Positions 25,665-36,800 of a DNA stretch of 64,000 nucleotides are shown here, piece by piece. Origin of the DNA: a virus; the IMG/VR virus record IMGVR_UViG_3300044617_001156. The stretch is one strand, 5' to 3'. The notes under the pieces were generated by a model that did not search any database, was not told the origin of the DNA, and saw only the letters and a program-made list of their open reading frames with translations. A program made the position numbers and the translations under genes. Numbering within the stretch: the first letter of the stretch is position 1; each line of letters starts with the position of its first letter.

Positions 25665-25805
25665 ATGTCTAAGACCGCAATGCTTTCTCTGCTGGCTCAA
25701 GGTAACAACGGCACTGAGATTCTTTCGATTCTGGATACACTCGTCACTGATGCGATTGCAGAGGAAGGTGATAATGAAGGGACACTGAATGTGATTGATT
25801 TCTGA
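25665..25805 (+). CDS. small hypothetical protein (46 aa)
   Basis: MSKTAMLSLLAQGNNGTEILSILDTLVTDAIAEEGDNEGTLNVIDF*. Confidence 0.6.
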   Translation: MSKTAMLSLLAQGNNGTEILSILDTLVTDAIAEEGDNEGTLNVIDF

Positions 25806-25815
25806 TACTAACTGG

Positions 25816-25855
25816 GTGCCCCTTGGTTGACACTGGGGGGCACTTATGTTAGACT
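25816..25855 (+). promoter_or_regulatory. stem-loop sigma70 promoter
   Basis: TTGACA(25827)-17-TAGACT with extended TG; gtgcccc/ggggcac inverted repeat around the -35. Confidence 0.75.
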
Positions 25856-26267
25856 TGGTGATATCAGTGAAACGGCAGTGATTGCCCGTGGTTTCTTATA
25901 GCGTAGCGGGGGCGTAGCGCGTTTAAGGCGCCCCCCGTTCCAAAAAAGGCAAACTACCCTAACCTACAGAGGTGACAATTCGACCTCTAAATATCAGACC
26001 CATAAAATTTTTCCGGAGTATTAAAAGATGGCAAAATGGATTCATAAGGGTGGATATTCCCGCCCAGACAAACGCACAGTAAAGAAAGGTGGTAAGAAGA
26101 AGTAGACCTTATTGGAACTTCTGGAAGGTTGTCTTTGCGGGGTGGTTGATACGATACCCACGGCAGTGTTTTACGATAATCGGAGTTCCCCTTGGATTTT
26201 TAATTGTTCTGATATATAATGCGGTAACAAAATAAGAGTTACTGAAAAAAATTCCGGAAAATTTTTT

Positions 26268-26462
26268 ATGACTGAAAAGGTTTATCACATATACGCAAAC
26301 GGCAAATGCATCTATCACAGTTTATCAGAGGAAAAATTCGCTGAAACCTGGGAGATGTTGCATCGTATGGTTGAGTTAATTGATGTAAAACTTTCAAAAG
26401 AAGATTTATCTTATGAGGAATTAGCAACAAACAAAGAGGTAGTTCTGAACTCATCTCATTGA
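26268..26462 (+). CDS. hypothetical cyanophage protein
   Basis: YHIYANGKCIYHSLSEEKF. Confidence 0.7.
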   Translation: MTEKVYHIYANGKCIYHSLSEEKFAETWEMLHRMVELIDVKLSKEDLSYEELATNKEVVLNSSH

Positions 26463-26464
26463 TA

Positions 26465-26493
26465 TTGACAAGGCATATATAGACTGATAAAAT
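26465..26493 (+). promoter_or_regulatory. sigma70-type promoter
   Basis: TTGACA-17-TAAAAT with extended TG. Confidence 0.75.
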
Positions 26494-26516
26494 TGATCTG
26501 AAGGTTATTTTCACTT

Positions 26517-27284
26517 ATGGCAAAAGGATTTACAGTAAAAGCAGCATCCCCTAAGGCATCAGAAGCTGATTGGGATTATGATGCTATCAAAGAACGAATG
26601 AGAGGTAAGAGTATTGTCTTCTGTCTACCAGGACGTGGATGTTCTTTTATTTTTCTCAAAGCATTCGTACAACTTTGCTTTGATATGGTACAAAATGGAA
26701 TGAGTATTCAGATTTCTCAGGATTACTCATCAATGGTAAACTTTGCACGTTGTAAAGTATTAGGTGCAAATGTTCTAAGGGGACCGAAGCAAATTCCCTG
26801 GGATGGTAAACTGCAATATGATTATCAACTTTGGATTGACTCGGATATTGTCTTCACCACAGAAAAGTTCTGGCAACTCTGTGATCTTGCTCTGAATGAA
26901 GAAGGAGAGGATAAAGAGGTTGTTGCTGGTTGGTATGCCACAGAAGATGGTCACACGACCTCAGTAGCACACTGGTTGGAAGAAGATGACTTCCGTAAGA
27001 ATGGTGGAGTGATGAATCATGAAACCGTTGATTCTATTTCAAAGCGCAGAAAGCCTTTCACAGTTGACTACACTGGTTTTGGATGGGTACTGATTAAAAA
27101 TGGTGTCTTCGAGAATCTTGAATACCCTTGGTTTGCTCCTAAGATGCAAGTCTTTGAATCTGGTGCAGTTCAGGATATGTGTGGTGAAGATGTTTCATTC
27201 TGTCTTGATGCAATTGAGAAAGGATTTAAGATCTGGTGCGACCCTCGTATTAGAGTTGGTCATGAAAAAACTCGTGTAATCTAA
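26517..27284 (+). CDS. GT-A fold glycosyltransferase-like protein
   Basis: YQLWIDSDI (DxD), YTGFGWVLI, GEDVSFC, RVGHEK. Confidence 0.8.
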   Translation: MAKGFTVKAASPKASEADWDYDAIKERMRGKSIVFCLPGRGCSFIFLKAFVQLCFDMVQNGMSIQISQDYSSMVNFARCKVLGANVLRGPKQIPWDGKLQYDYQLWIDSDIVFTTEKFWQLCDLALNEEGEDKEVVAGWYATEDGHTTSVAHWLEEDDFRKNGGVMNHETVDSISKRRKPFTVDYTGFGWVLIKNGVFENLEYPWFAPKMQVFESGAVQDMCGEDVSFCLDAIEKGFKIWCDPRIRVGHEKTRVI

Positions 27285-27442
27285 TGAAATACTACGATAT
27301 CTTATATAAAGGTCGTAGAATCTATCAGAACCTCACTCTAGACGCTTGTAGTGAGGTTCTACAAGGTCTCTCAGAACGTTATGTCTCGGGAGATGACATT
27401 GATCCTAATTTAATTGAACTGGAGGAAATTTCAAATGTCTAA
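27284..27442 (+). CDS. small hypothetical protein (52 aa)
   Basis: TAATG coupling; MKYYDILYKGRRIYQNLT... Confidence 0.6.
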   Translation: MKYYDILYKGRRIYQNLTLDACSEVLQGLSERYVSGDDIDPNLIELEEISNV

Positions 27443-27575
27443 AGGTGGAGGCAATAAGACTTTATTTGAAGCTGGAGCGCCAAAGAAAACTCGTCAAGGA
27501 CGTTCTGCTCGTACTTTACTATCAGCAACGTCTCGCAATGGACGTAAAAAGAAGTATCGCGGTCAAGGAAAATAA
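27435..27575 (+). CDS. small basic protein (46 aa)
   Basis: GGAGG RBS; PKKTRQG...RKKKYRGQGK*; followed by terminator. Confidence 0.7.
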   Translation: MSKGGGNKTLFEAGAPKKTRQGRSARTLLSATSRNGRKKKYRGQGK

Positions 27576-27585
27576 TATAGATAGG

Positions 27586-27609
27586 GCAGGAAGAAATTCC
27601 TGCTTTTTT
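27586..27609 (+). terminator. rho-independent terminator
   Basis: gcaggaa-gaaa-ttcctgc-tttttt. Confidence 0.85.
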
Positions 27610-27620
27610 AGTATTTTTTT

Positions 27621-28340
27621 ATGGCATACTTAAATCATAATCTTCCGACAATTACTTGCTACATTCGTAATGAATTCCTTTTTAATCATAAAAAAGGTCA
27701 TGGTGAGGTAACTTTATGTGACGTTCACTCTGTAGCATCCCTAGAGAAGCACGTACCGCTCTTTGAGGCGTTTCTTGAGAATGGGGTGAACTGGACTCGT
27801 AGACCAATTCATGCATTTTGTTGGAAACCTGATGCGCCAACACCTAGATTAGAAGAATGTATGTGGTGGGATTGCTTTTCTCCTTATGTTGATGTTCAAG
27901 TTCGTTCAAGACTTGCTAACTTACGCGCTGAATTGATCAATTATCGTGGAGAAAAGAATGAAGGAACTTACATGTTCACTCTTGACTGGTCATGGGAGTC
28001 AAAATCTACACTGAATACTAACTTTAGTGAGACTCCGGAGCATAAATGTGCTCATTTTTTCAAAATGGATAATGGAAATTTCTATGCATACCCTAATAAT
28101 AAGATACTGTGGTATGACGATGCATGGACTAAGAATAGAATTACCAAAAATCCAGGTTATGAAATAGATTTAACCGAATATTCTGTCGAAAATCGTCGCA
28201 AAATAGAGACATCTGATGATTTTATGTACGAAATTACAAATATTCGGGATAGCAACCCCGTAAAAAGTTCTGATTTTAACGAATCAGGAGCAAACAATGA
28301 CCAAGAAAGTAGACAAAGACCAAAATTTCATGAAAAATGA
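27621..28340 (+). CDS. conserved phage hypothetical protein
   Basis: MAYLNHNLP...WWDCFS...EHKCAH...YAYPNN. Confidence 0.8.
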   Translation: MAYLNHNLPTITCYIRNEFLFNHKKGHGEVTLCDVHSVASLEKHVPLFEAFLENGVNWTRRPIHAFCWKPDAPTPRLEECMWWDCFSPYVDVQVRSRLANLRAELINYRGEKNEGTYMFTLDWSWESKSTLNTNFSETPEHKCAHFFKMDNGNFYAYPNNKILWYDDAWTKNRITKNPGYEIDLTEYSVENRRKIETSDDFMYEITNIRDSNPVKSSDFNESGANNDQESRQRPKFHEK

Positions 28341-28551
28341 GTGGGGAACTGAGTATTTGTCAAGTGAATATGGATGGGAGACTCAAATTTACAAACAAAA
28401 AATGCTTCGTGAGATAGCAAATGATGAATTAACTCCAAAAAAACATGATTTTTATCACCAAAATGAAATTCATGAAAGAATTCGTAATGATCAAGATTAT
28501 GATGACTGGGAATATGGAACTGAACCTCTTTATGAGTCAAAACCACTCTAA
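28297..28551 (+). CDS. hypothetical protein
   Basis: ORF upstream of gp25. Confidence 0.65.
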   Translation: MTKKVDKDQNFMKNEWGTEYLSSEYGWETQIYKQKMLREIANDELTPKKHDFYHQNEIHERIRNDQDYDDWEYGTEPLYESKPL

Positions 28552-28575
28552 ATAAGATATACTTGCATATGAAAT

Positions 28576-28977
28576 ATGCCTCTAGAGAGGATAAGTAAAG
28601 GGTTTAAAGATATTAGTATGACTTTCCAATCAAATCCTTTAAATCGGGATTTGATTGGAATTAAAAATGAGACTGCAATTGCAAGATCTGTGAAAAATCT
28701 TGTCCTTTCTTCTCAAGGAGAAAAGTTTTTTAATTCTAGTTTTGGTACGGGAGTATCAAAACTTCTTTTTGAAAATATTGATGAAATGACTGCATCAATC
28801 ATAAAGGATGAAATCACATATGTTCTTAGTACATATGAACCTAGAATTCAAATTATGGAGGTGACAGTAAGCCCAAATTATGATGAGAATGAATTTGCAA
28901 CTACAATACAGTATAAAATTGTTGGAATAGATGTACTTCCTCAGCAATTATCATTTGCATTACAACCAGCAAGATAA
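28576..28977 (+). CDS. gp25: baseplate wedge subunit gp25
   Basis: FKDISMTF...AIARSVKNLV...GEKFF...YEPRI; CTAAATA late promoter at 28548. Confidence 0.92.
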   Translation: MPLERISKGFKDISMTFQSNPLNRDLIGIKNETAIARSVKNLVLSSQGEKFFNSSFGTGVSKLLFENIDEMTASIIKDEITYVLSTYEPRIQIMEVTVSPNYDENEFATTIQYKIVGIDVLPQQLSFALQPAR

Positions 28978-30888
28978 ATGGCACTAGTAAACTTTACAAA
29001 TTTAGATTTTGATCAGATAAAAGTATCTTTAAAGGAATACTTAAGATCAAATTCGAACTTTACGGATTATGATTTTGAAGGATCCAATCTTTCAACTATC
29101 ATAGATCTTTTGGCGTATAATACATATATTTCCTCATATAATGCTAACATGGTTAGTAATGAGGTTTTTATTGATAGTGCAACACTAAGAGAAAATGTTG
29201 TTTCTCTCGCTCGTAATATTGGATATGTTCCTAGATCTAGAACTTCTGCTAGAGCTAATATTTCTTTCTTTGTAGATACTAGTACCTTTAGTACAAATCC
29301 AATTACTTTAACTTTAAAGAGAGGAGTTGTTTGTACGTCAAACTTTGCTTTTGGTGATGTAAATTATACGTTTTCGATACAGAATGATGTCACTGTTCCT
29401 GTAGTAAACAATATTGCACTTTTTGATAATGTGGAGATTTACGAAGGTTCTTTCGTTACTGCAAATTTCACTGTTGATTCTAATAATCCAAATCAAAAAT
29501 ATACTTTAGAAAATGCTAATATTGATACTTCTTCATTATCTGTAGCAGTAAGAAATACAGAATCAAGTTCTGTTATTAGAAATTTTGTTTTTTCTGATAG
29601 TATTCTAAATGTAACTTCTAATTCTAATGTATTCTTCATTCAAGAAGTTGAAGATCAGAGATATGAATTAATTTTTGGTGATGGGGTATTTGGTAAAAAA
29701 TTAGATAATTTAAATTACATTGAAGCATCTTACATAATTACAAATGGAGAATCTGGAAATGGTGTAAGTGACTTTAGATTTGCTGGTAGATTAGTTGATA
29801 ATAATGGCAGAGTTGTTACTGATGGAATATCTTTAGTTACAACAAACGTAATATCGAGAAGTGGTAAAGAAATTGAATCTGTAGAATCTATTAAAAAATA
29901 TGCCCCTAGGATATATGCATCTCAAAATAGAGCAGTAACTGCAAATGATTATGAAAGTATAATTCCAAAAATATATCCAGAAACTGAATCAATATCGGTC
30001 TATGGTGGAGAAGATCTTAATCCACCGAGATATGGTAGAGTCTTTATTAGCATTAAACCTTTTAATGGTCCTTTTGTATCCAGTCAAGTAAAGGATAATA
30101 TAGTAAAACTTTTAAGGAAGTATAGTGTTGCCGGGATTGTTCCGGAGATAGTAGATCTAAAATATCTTTATGTTGAATTTGACACTACAATTTACTATAA
30201 CACTAATCTTGCTTCGTCTGCAGATAACGTAAGAAGCATTGTAAGTCAGAATATAACCAGGTATGCAGACTCCAGTGAACTTAATAGATATGGTGCTAGA
30301 TTTAAATATAGTAAATTTTTGAAAGTAATTGATGAAAGTAATAATGCTATTACATCAAATATTACAAAAATTAAAATGAGAAGAGATTTGTTCCCTCTCA
30401 TAAATCAATTTGCTGACTATGAGATATGTTTCGGGAATGAGTTTCATATAAAAGACCGTAATGGATTTAATATTAAATCATCTGGATTTAAGGTAAATGG
30501 TCTAGCAGATACTTTGTATATGACTGATATACCTGATTCTAATTTAAGAACTGGTAGAATTATTATTTTTAGACCCACATCACAAACTGAATTCGTGACT
30601 GTAGCATCAAATGCAGGAACAATAAATTATCAAAAAGGTGAAATTATTTTGTCTCCTATTGATTTCAGAGAAACTAGTAAAATTACTGGAGAAAATCCAG
30701 TTATAGAAATATCTGCAATTCCTAAGTCTAATGATATCATCGGATTACAGGATCTTTATTTGCAGATAGATATTAATAACAGTACTTTAAATACTGTCTC
30801 TGATGAAATTTCTTCGGGTGCCGATATATCAGGCACATCATATACAGTAACATCAAGCTACGAAAACGGAAATCTTGTAAGATCATAA
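28978..30888 (+). CDS. gp6: baseplate wedge subunit gp6
   Basis: LDFDQIK..LKEYLR..FTDYDFEGSNLS, FGDGVFG, QNRAVTANDY. Confidence 0.95.
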   Translation: MALVNFTNLDFDQIKVSLKEYLRSNSNFTDYDFEGSNLSTIIDLLAYNTYISSYNANMVSNEVFIDSATLRENVVSLARNIGYVPRSRTSARANISFFVDTSTFSTNPITLTLKRGVVCTSNFAFGDVNYTFSIQNDVTVPVVNNIALFDNVEIYEGSFVTANFTVDSNNPNQKYTLENANIDTSSLSVAVRNTESSSVIRNFVFSDSILNVTSNSNVFFIQEVEDQRYELIFGDGVFGKKLDNLNYIEASYIITNGESGNGVSDFRFAGRLVDNNGRVVTDGISLVTTNVISRSGKEIESVESIKKYAPRIYASQNRAVTANDYESIIPKIYPETESISVYGGEDLNPPRYGRVFISIKPFNGPFVSSQVKDNIVKLLRKYSVAGIVPEIVDLKYLYVEFDTTIYYNTNLASSADNVRSIVSQNITRYADSSELNRYGARFKYSKFLKVIDESNNAITSNITKIKMRRDLFPLINQFADYEICFGNEFHIKDRNGFNIKSSGFKVNGLADTLYMTDIPDSNLRTGRIIIFRPTSQTEFVTVASNAGTINYQKGEIILSPIDFRETSKITGENPVIEISAIPKSNDIIGLQDLYLQIDINNSTLNTVSDEISSGADISGTSYTVTSSYENGNLVRS

Positions 30889-30889
30889 A

Positions 30890-33800
30890 ATGACCGAGAG
30901 CAGAATCAAAATTAGTTCCATTGTTGAAAATCAACTTCCTGATTATGTAAAGGAAGAATTTCCGCTAGTTTCGGAATTTCTTTCGCAGTACTATCAAGCA
31001 ATAGAAAATCAAGGAAGCACACTTGATATTCTACAGAATATTGATCGTTATGTAAAAGTTGATAACTTAACTAATCTAACTGATTCTACTCAGACAACAT
31101 CTGATGTTTCGTTGTTTGATACGACAATTAATGTTGAAAGCACCTATGGATTTCCTGATTCATATGGTTTAATTATGATTGACAATGAAATTATTACATA
31201 TAAAGGTAAAACCGCTACATCGTTTACTGAATGTGTAAGAGGATTTGTTGGAATTGAAGAATATTATAATAATGATCAATTAAAGTTTTCTGATACAAAC
31301 GTAGAGACGCATTCAAACGGATCTGTAGTTGAAAATTTAAGTATTCTTTTCCTAAAAGAGTTTTTTAATAAAGTTAAAACTCAGGTCACACCTGGATTTG
31401 AAGATCGATCTTTAAATTCCGAAATTAATCAAGGACTTTTTATTAAACAGTCTAACGATTTTTATTCGTCAAAAGGAACAGCACACTCCTTTGAAATTCT
31501 TTTTAGAGCTTTATATGGTAAGGATGTTGAAGTTATTCTTCCTAGGGATTTTCTCATCCAACCTTCGGATGCTCAATATAGAATTACAAAAGATCTTGTA
31601 GTTGAAGCGATTGAAGGCGATCCATCAGACCTAGTAAACCTGACATTATATCAAGATTCAATCTATAATATTCCCGAGTCTAGGGGTACAATATCAAATG
31701 TAGAGAAAATTATTCGTGGAGATAAGGAATATTACGTAATTAGTTTAGATTTTGGTTACGATAACTTAAATGAAACTGGTCTTACTCTTGGAGATTTTAC
31801 TGTACATCCAAGAACCAGAAACATAGTAGATATTGCTTCTGGTTCTGATACTCTTACTGTAGATTCTACTTTAGGATTTCCATCTTCTGGTGTTTTAGTA
31901 GTAAATTTAGAAAATGGTACGCAGTTATCAGTTAACTATGAATCTAAATCATCGACACAGTTTCATGGTTGCATTGGAATAACACAAGATATTTCAAAAA
32001 ATAGTGAATTAAACTTAGATATTTTTGCTTTTGGATATGCAGATATTGAACAAACACAAATTGTAAAAGTAAGAGTTACTGGTGTTCTTTCTAATGTATT
32101 GTTAGATTCTCCCACCAAATATTATGATAAAGGAGATCTAATCAAGATTAGAACACTTGGCAAAGAGACTGATGATTTTAGAGCAAATAAGTGGTTATTT
32201 AATATTTCATCTACCCATAATATAAAATCAGTTGTTGAATTAGACTCATTAAATTTTAAATATCGTATTGATCTTTTTGATCAACATCTTTTTTATATCG
32301 GCGATTCAGTCACGATTATACCTCCACAAGCACAACCAGTTTCTGAAGTTAAAGGTGTTATCAGTTCAATAAAAAATTCCACTTCCATTATTGTATCTAC
32401 TGAACAAAGGTTAATTTCTTTTGTACCATTTCAAATAAGAAAAAATATAGTTAATGTATTATCATCAAATAATTTAAGTTTAAACAAATATACAGCAAAT
32501 GTTCAGAATACTTATTTGGATGGTATAAATTCTGTATATGTAACATCTCCATCTTTACCATATTATTTAAACAATTCTCTCATTATTAGAGATAAAATAG
32601 TTACTTTCTCCGGAACATTCTTCGGGGATACTCTTTCTATCCCTAATCATAAGTTCTATACTGGTGACAGAATTGTCTATAATCCAGATGATGCTAACAA
32701 TAAATTAGACTTATCTTCCGGGAAATATTTTGTTAGAAGAGTTGATTTGAACACAATAAAACTAAGTAGAAGTCTTAGTGATCTTTTTAATGATAGTTAT
32801 GTAAGTGTATCAGGTACTGTTACCAATAATGTTTTTTATTATGAACCCTTTACTTTTGAAAATTTAAGCGCAAAGACAGTACAGACCCAAAAATTAATTC
32901 GCCAAATTGCAAATCCAGTAACTACAAATACTAGAACTATAACTCCAGCAGGATTTACTGGAATTTTTATTAATGGTGTTGAACTGTTAAACTATAAATC
33001 AAATGATTATATTTACTATGGACCAATAACATCTGTTGATGTATTATCTGGCGGATTCAATTATGATGCCATAAATCCTCCATTAATGCAAGTTAGTGAT
33101 TCAGTGGGTTCTGGTGCTACTGCTTATTGTATTATTAATGGATCATTATCCAGAATTGATGTTATTGATGGTGGAATAAACTATTTGGAAACTCCTAGAG
33201 TCATCATAACTGGCGGAAATGGTTTTGGTGCTAGTGCTGTTGCAAATTTAGAGTCTTATGATTACTCAGTATCATTTAATTCTAATCAATCTGCTGGGTA
33301 TGTAAATTTAGCAAATAATACAATCGGATTTTCATCTTTCCACAAACTTAACAGTGGAGATGAGTTAATATACCAAACAAATCAACAGCAAGGTATTGGT
33401 GGAATTACAACAAACTCATCTTATTTTGCATCAATAGTAGATGCGAGCACTATAAAATTACACACCAAATTAAGTGATGCTGTTACTGGAATCAATACGA
33501 TAAACTTATCTTCCCCATACGGCGAAGGAGTTCATACTTTAAAATCAAAATTTAAAAAGAGAAAAATCAGATCTTTAACTGTAATTAATACAGGATCTAA
33601 TTATAGAAACAGAAGATTGTCTGTTGATTCTGTGGGAATTAGCACTGCAAACAATTCTATCAATATTGCAAATCATAATTTTAATAATAAAGATGTAGTT
33701 GCATATCAAACTACAGGTTCGGCAATAAATGGATTGAATACCTCTAAGTATTATTATGTAAGAAAAATTGATAATGATAATTTTAGATTATTTGATCAGT

Positions 33801-36800
33801 ATACCACTGATGATAAACAGTTAATAGATTTTTATTATGAAACGAATCAACCAGTAAATCTTACCAGTGTTGGTAGTGGACTTCATATTTTTAGAGATAA
33901 ACCAATACAAGTTCAACTGATTGGATCTGTTGGAGTGACTACTTTCACAAACCAAACATTTGATGCTGAACTTCAACTCATTTTCCGTGGACCAGTTGAA
34001 TCAGTATTTGTAGAAGATGGTGGATCTGGTTATGGATCTGAAGAGATATTGAATTATAATAGACAACCTGAATTTATTTTAAAATCCGGAACAGGGGCTG
34101 AAGTAAGACCAGTAATATTAAATGGTTCTATTGCTGAAGTTTTTGTCGTAAGTTCCGGAACTGGATATAATTCTCCTCCGGATTTGTTTGTCGAAAGTCC
34201 TGGTGGATATGGTGCTATTTTAACTCCAGTAGTTGATCAGGGACTTTTAATTGAAGTAAAAGTTATTTCTGGTGGAGTTGGATATGGGCAATCAACAACT
34301 ACAATTGATGTTTTGTCTGCCGGCCAAGAGGCAAAATTCAATGCAAATATAAAATCCTGGAATGTCAATTTAGTAGAAAGAAATATCGATTCCGAAGAGA
34401 TAAGAGATGATGATGGTATTATTGCCGAATCCCTGAAAGAAGATTTTGGTCTTGAATATTCTCATGCATATGCTCCAAGGAATCTAAGAAGATCCGCATT
34501 TAGTGAAAAATTTGTAAGTGGCGAAGCAATTTATGTTCCAGACCTGAATATTCAAAATGGAAGAGAAACATTATCAGATGCTCACTCTCCTATTATTGGA
34601 TGGGCATATGATGGAAATCCAATTTATGGACCTTATGGATACTCAACTCCTTCTGGAGGTTCTCCAAAATTACTAAAATCTGGTTATTCAATTTCATTGC
34701 AAGACAATCGTCCAAGTTTGAATCTTTATCCGGAAGGATTTTTTGTCGAAGACTATGAATATATTGGCGATGGAGATTTAGATCAATCAAACGGAAGATT
34801 CTGCATAACACCAGAATATCCAAATGGTACTTATGCTTATTTTGCAACTGTATCTGATATAATCGAAACTGCGGGAATATTTGCAAATTATAGAAAACCA
34901 ACATTCCCATATGCGATTGGAGATTACTATCATTCAACTGCCAATTCACTTAATTTTTCTCCTCTATCCAATCAAGATGATTTTGATCTTAATACAACTG
35001 GTTTGCTTAGAAATACAACTCCTTATTATTTGACTAGTGATAATAGTTCTTATGAATTTATAAAAAATCCAAATAAAATTAAAGAGCAAAATTCTAAAGT
35101 TACTAATGTAAGTTCAGGTGCAGTAACTTCAATTGATATTATTAACTCCGGAGATGATTATAATGTAGGAGACTCAATTTTATTTAATAGTAGTGGAACT
35201 GGAGGAAGAGGAGCCAAAGCATATGTTTCTAGTATTGAAGGTAAGGAAATTGTAGGTATTTCAATTACAACAACCGAAATAGATAATGTTGAATTAATTG
35301 GAAATATCGGCATCTCTTCTTCTCAGTTGGATTTAAAGAGTGGAGATTTTCTAACTATACAAGGAAAATTCCCGAATGATTTTAGTATATCTCAAAGAAT
35401 TGATGTAATCGGTAATAAATTGATTCTTTCTTCTGGAATTGGATCTGCTTCTTATACCGGAATAGTCACTTACATGAGTGTCTATCCACCAATAAATGCC
35501 TCTGTAAATAATTTATTTTATCTTGGTAATGAAATAATTAAAATATTAGATACTGATTTCGCAAATTCAAGAGTTAGAATACTCAGAAATCAAAATGGAA
35601 CAACAGGTGTATCTTCATATTCTCCTGGATATGCATTAACAGAGTCTTCTACTAAATTCATTTACAATTCTGCCGGTCTTGCAGTAACTTTCTTTGATAA
35701 TAGAGAGTTATATTTTAATCCTGTAGAATCTGTTGGATTAGGAACTACGAGTGGTGTTGGAATTGGATTAACACTTTATTTCACAAATCCTGGCTCTGGT
35801 GGAACATCTATATTTGTTCCAACGAGAACCATTTATATTCCCGGACACGAAATTCCAACTGGTACTATATTACTTTATCGTTCAAATAACGGTAGTCCAT
35901 TATCAATTTCGACAGATGGTATTAGTTCATTCAATTTAACTAATAATTCAATAGTATACTCTGCAAGAATATCTGAAGATTTAATCGGAATTTCTACAGT
36001 TCTCGTTGGACTAGGGACTACTGGAACTTTTGTTGGAGTTGGATCCACTAATGTGGGAACTTTATTATACTTCACAGGAATTGGAACAGGTGTTTATCAT
36101 AGTTTGAAATTAAATCCAACAAAAACAGTTAAGGCAGATCTATCAAAAAATACAGTAAATGTCTCAACTGCAGAAACTCATGGAATGCTCATTGGAGAAA
36201 GTATTTCAATAACAGCATCTCCTCAATTATCCACAAGCGTATCTGTTTATTATAATGATTATAATAGAAGACTTTACATCAATCCACTTTCATTTGGTGC
36301 CGCAGATGTTGATATCGTAAGCAAAACCATTACTTTAGAAAATCATAAGTTGGCAACTGGACAAAGTGTTATATTCAGACAAACTACTCCAGTTGGTGGA
36401 TTAGTTGATAATAAAATTTATTATGTAATATATTACGGCAAAAATTCCATTAAACTTGCAGAATCAATTTATGATGCATCAATTGATAAAGTTTTAAACA
36501 TAACTTCTACCGGATCAGGCACAATTTCTCCAATAAATCCGCAGATTTTTGTAACTAGAAATAATACTATTAATTTTGATTTATCAGATTCTTCTTTATC
36601 ATTTACAAATAATACTGTAGATTATTCTGCTTTTGATTTCAAGATTTATAAGAATCCTAATTTTACTGAAGAATTTAATAAAACATTAAATTCTTCTACA
36701 TTCAATGTAATTAAAACAGGAATAATTGGTATTGATACTAATGCATCAATATCTTTAACTCTCAATGACGAGTTTCCTGATAGACTTTATTATAGACTAG

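Noticed and set aside
27445-27633. ORF-track 62-aa protein
   Set aside because: The overlapping 27435..27575 frame has an RBS, a KKYRGQG-type ending and a terminator directly after it.
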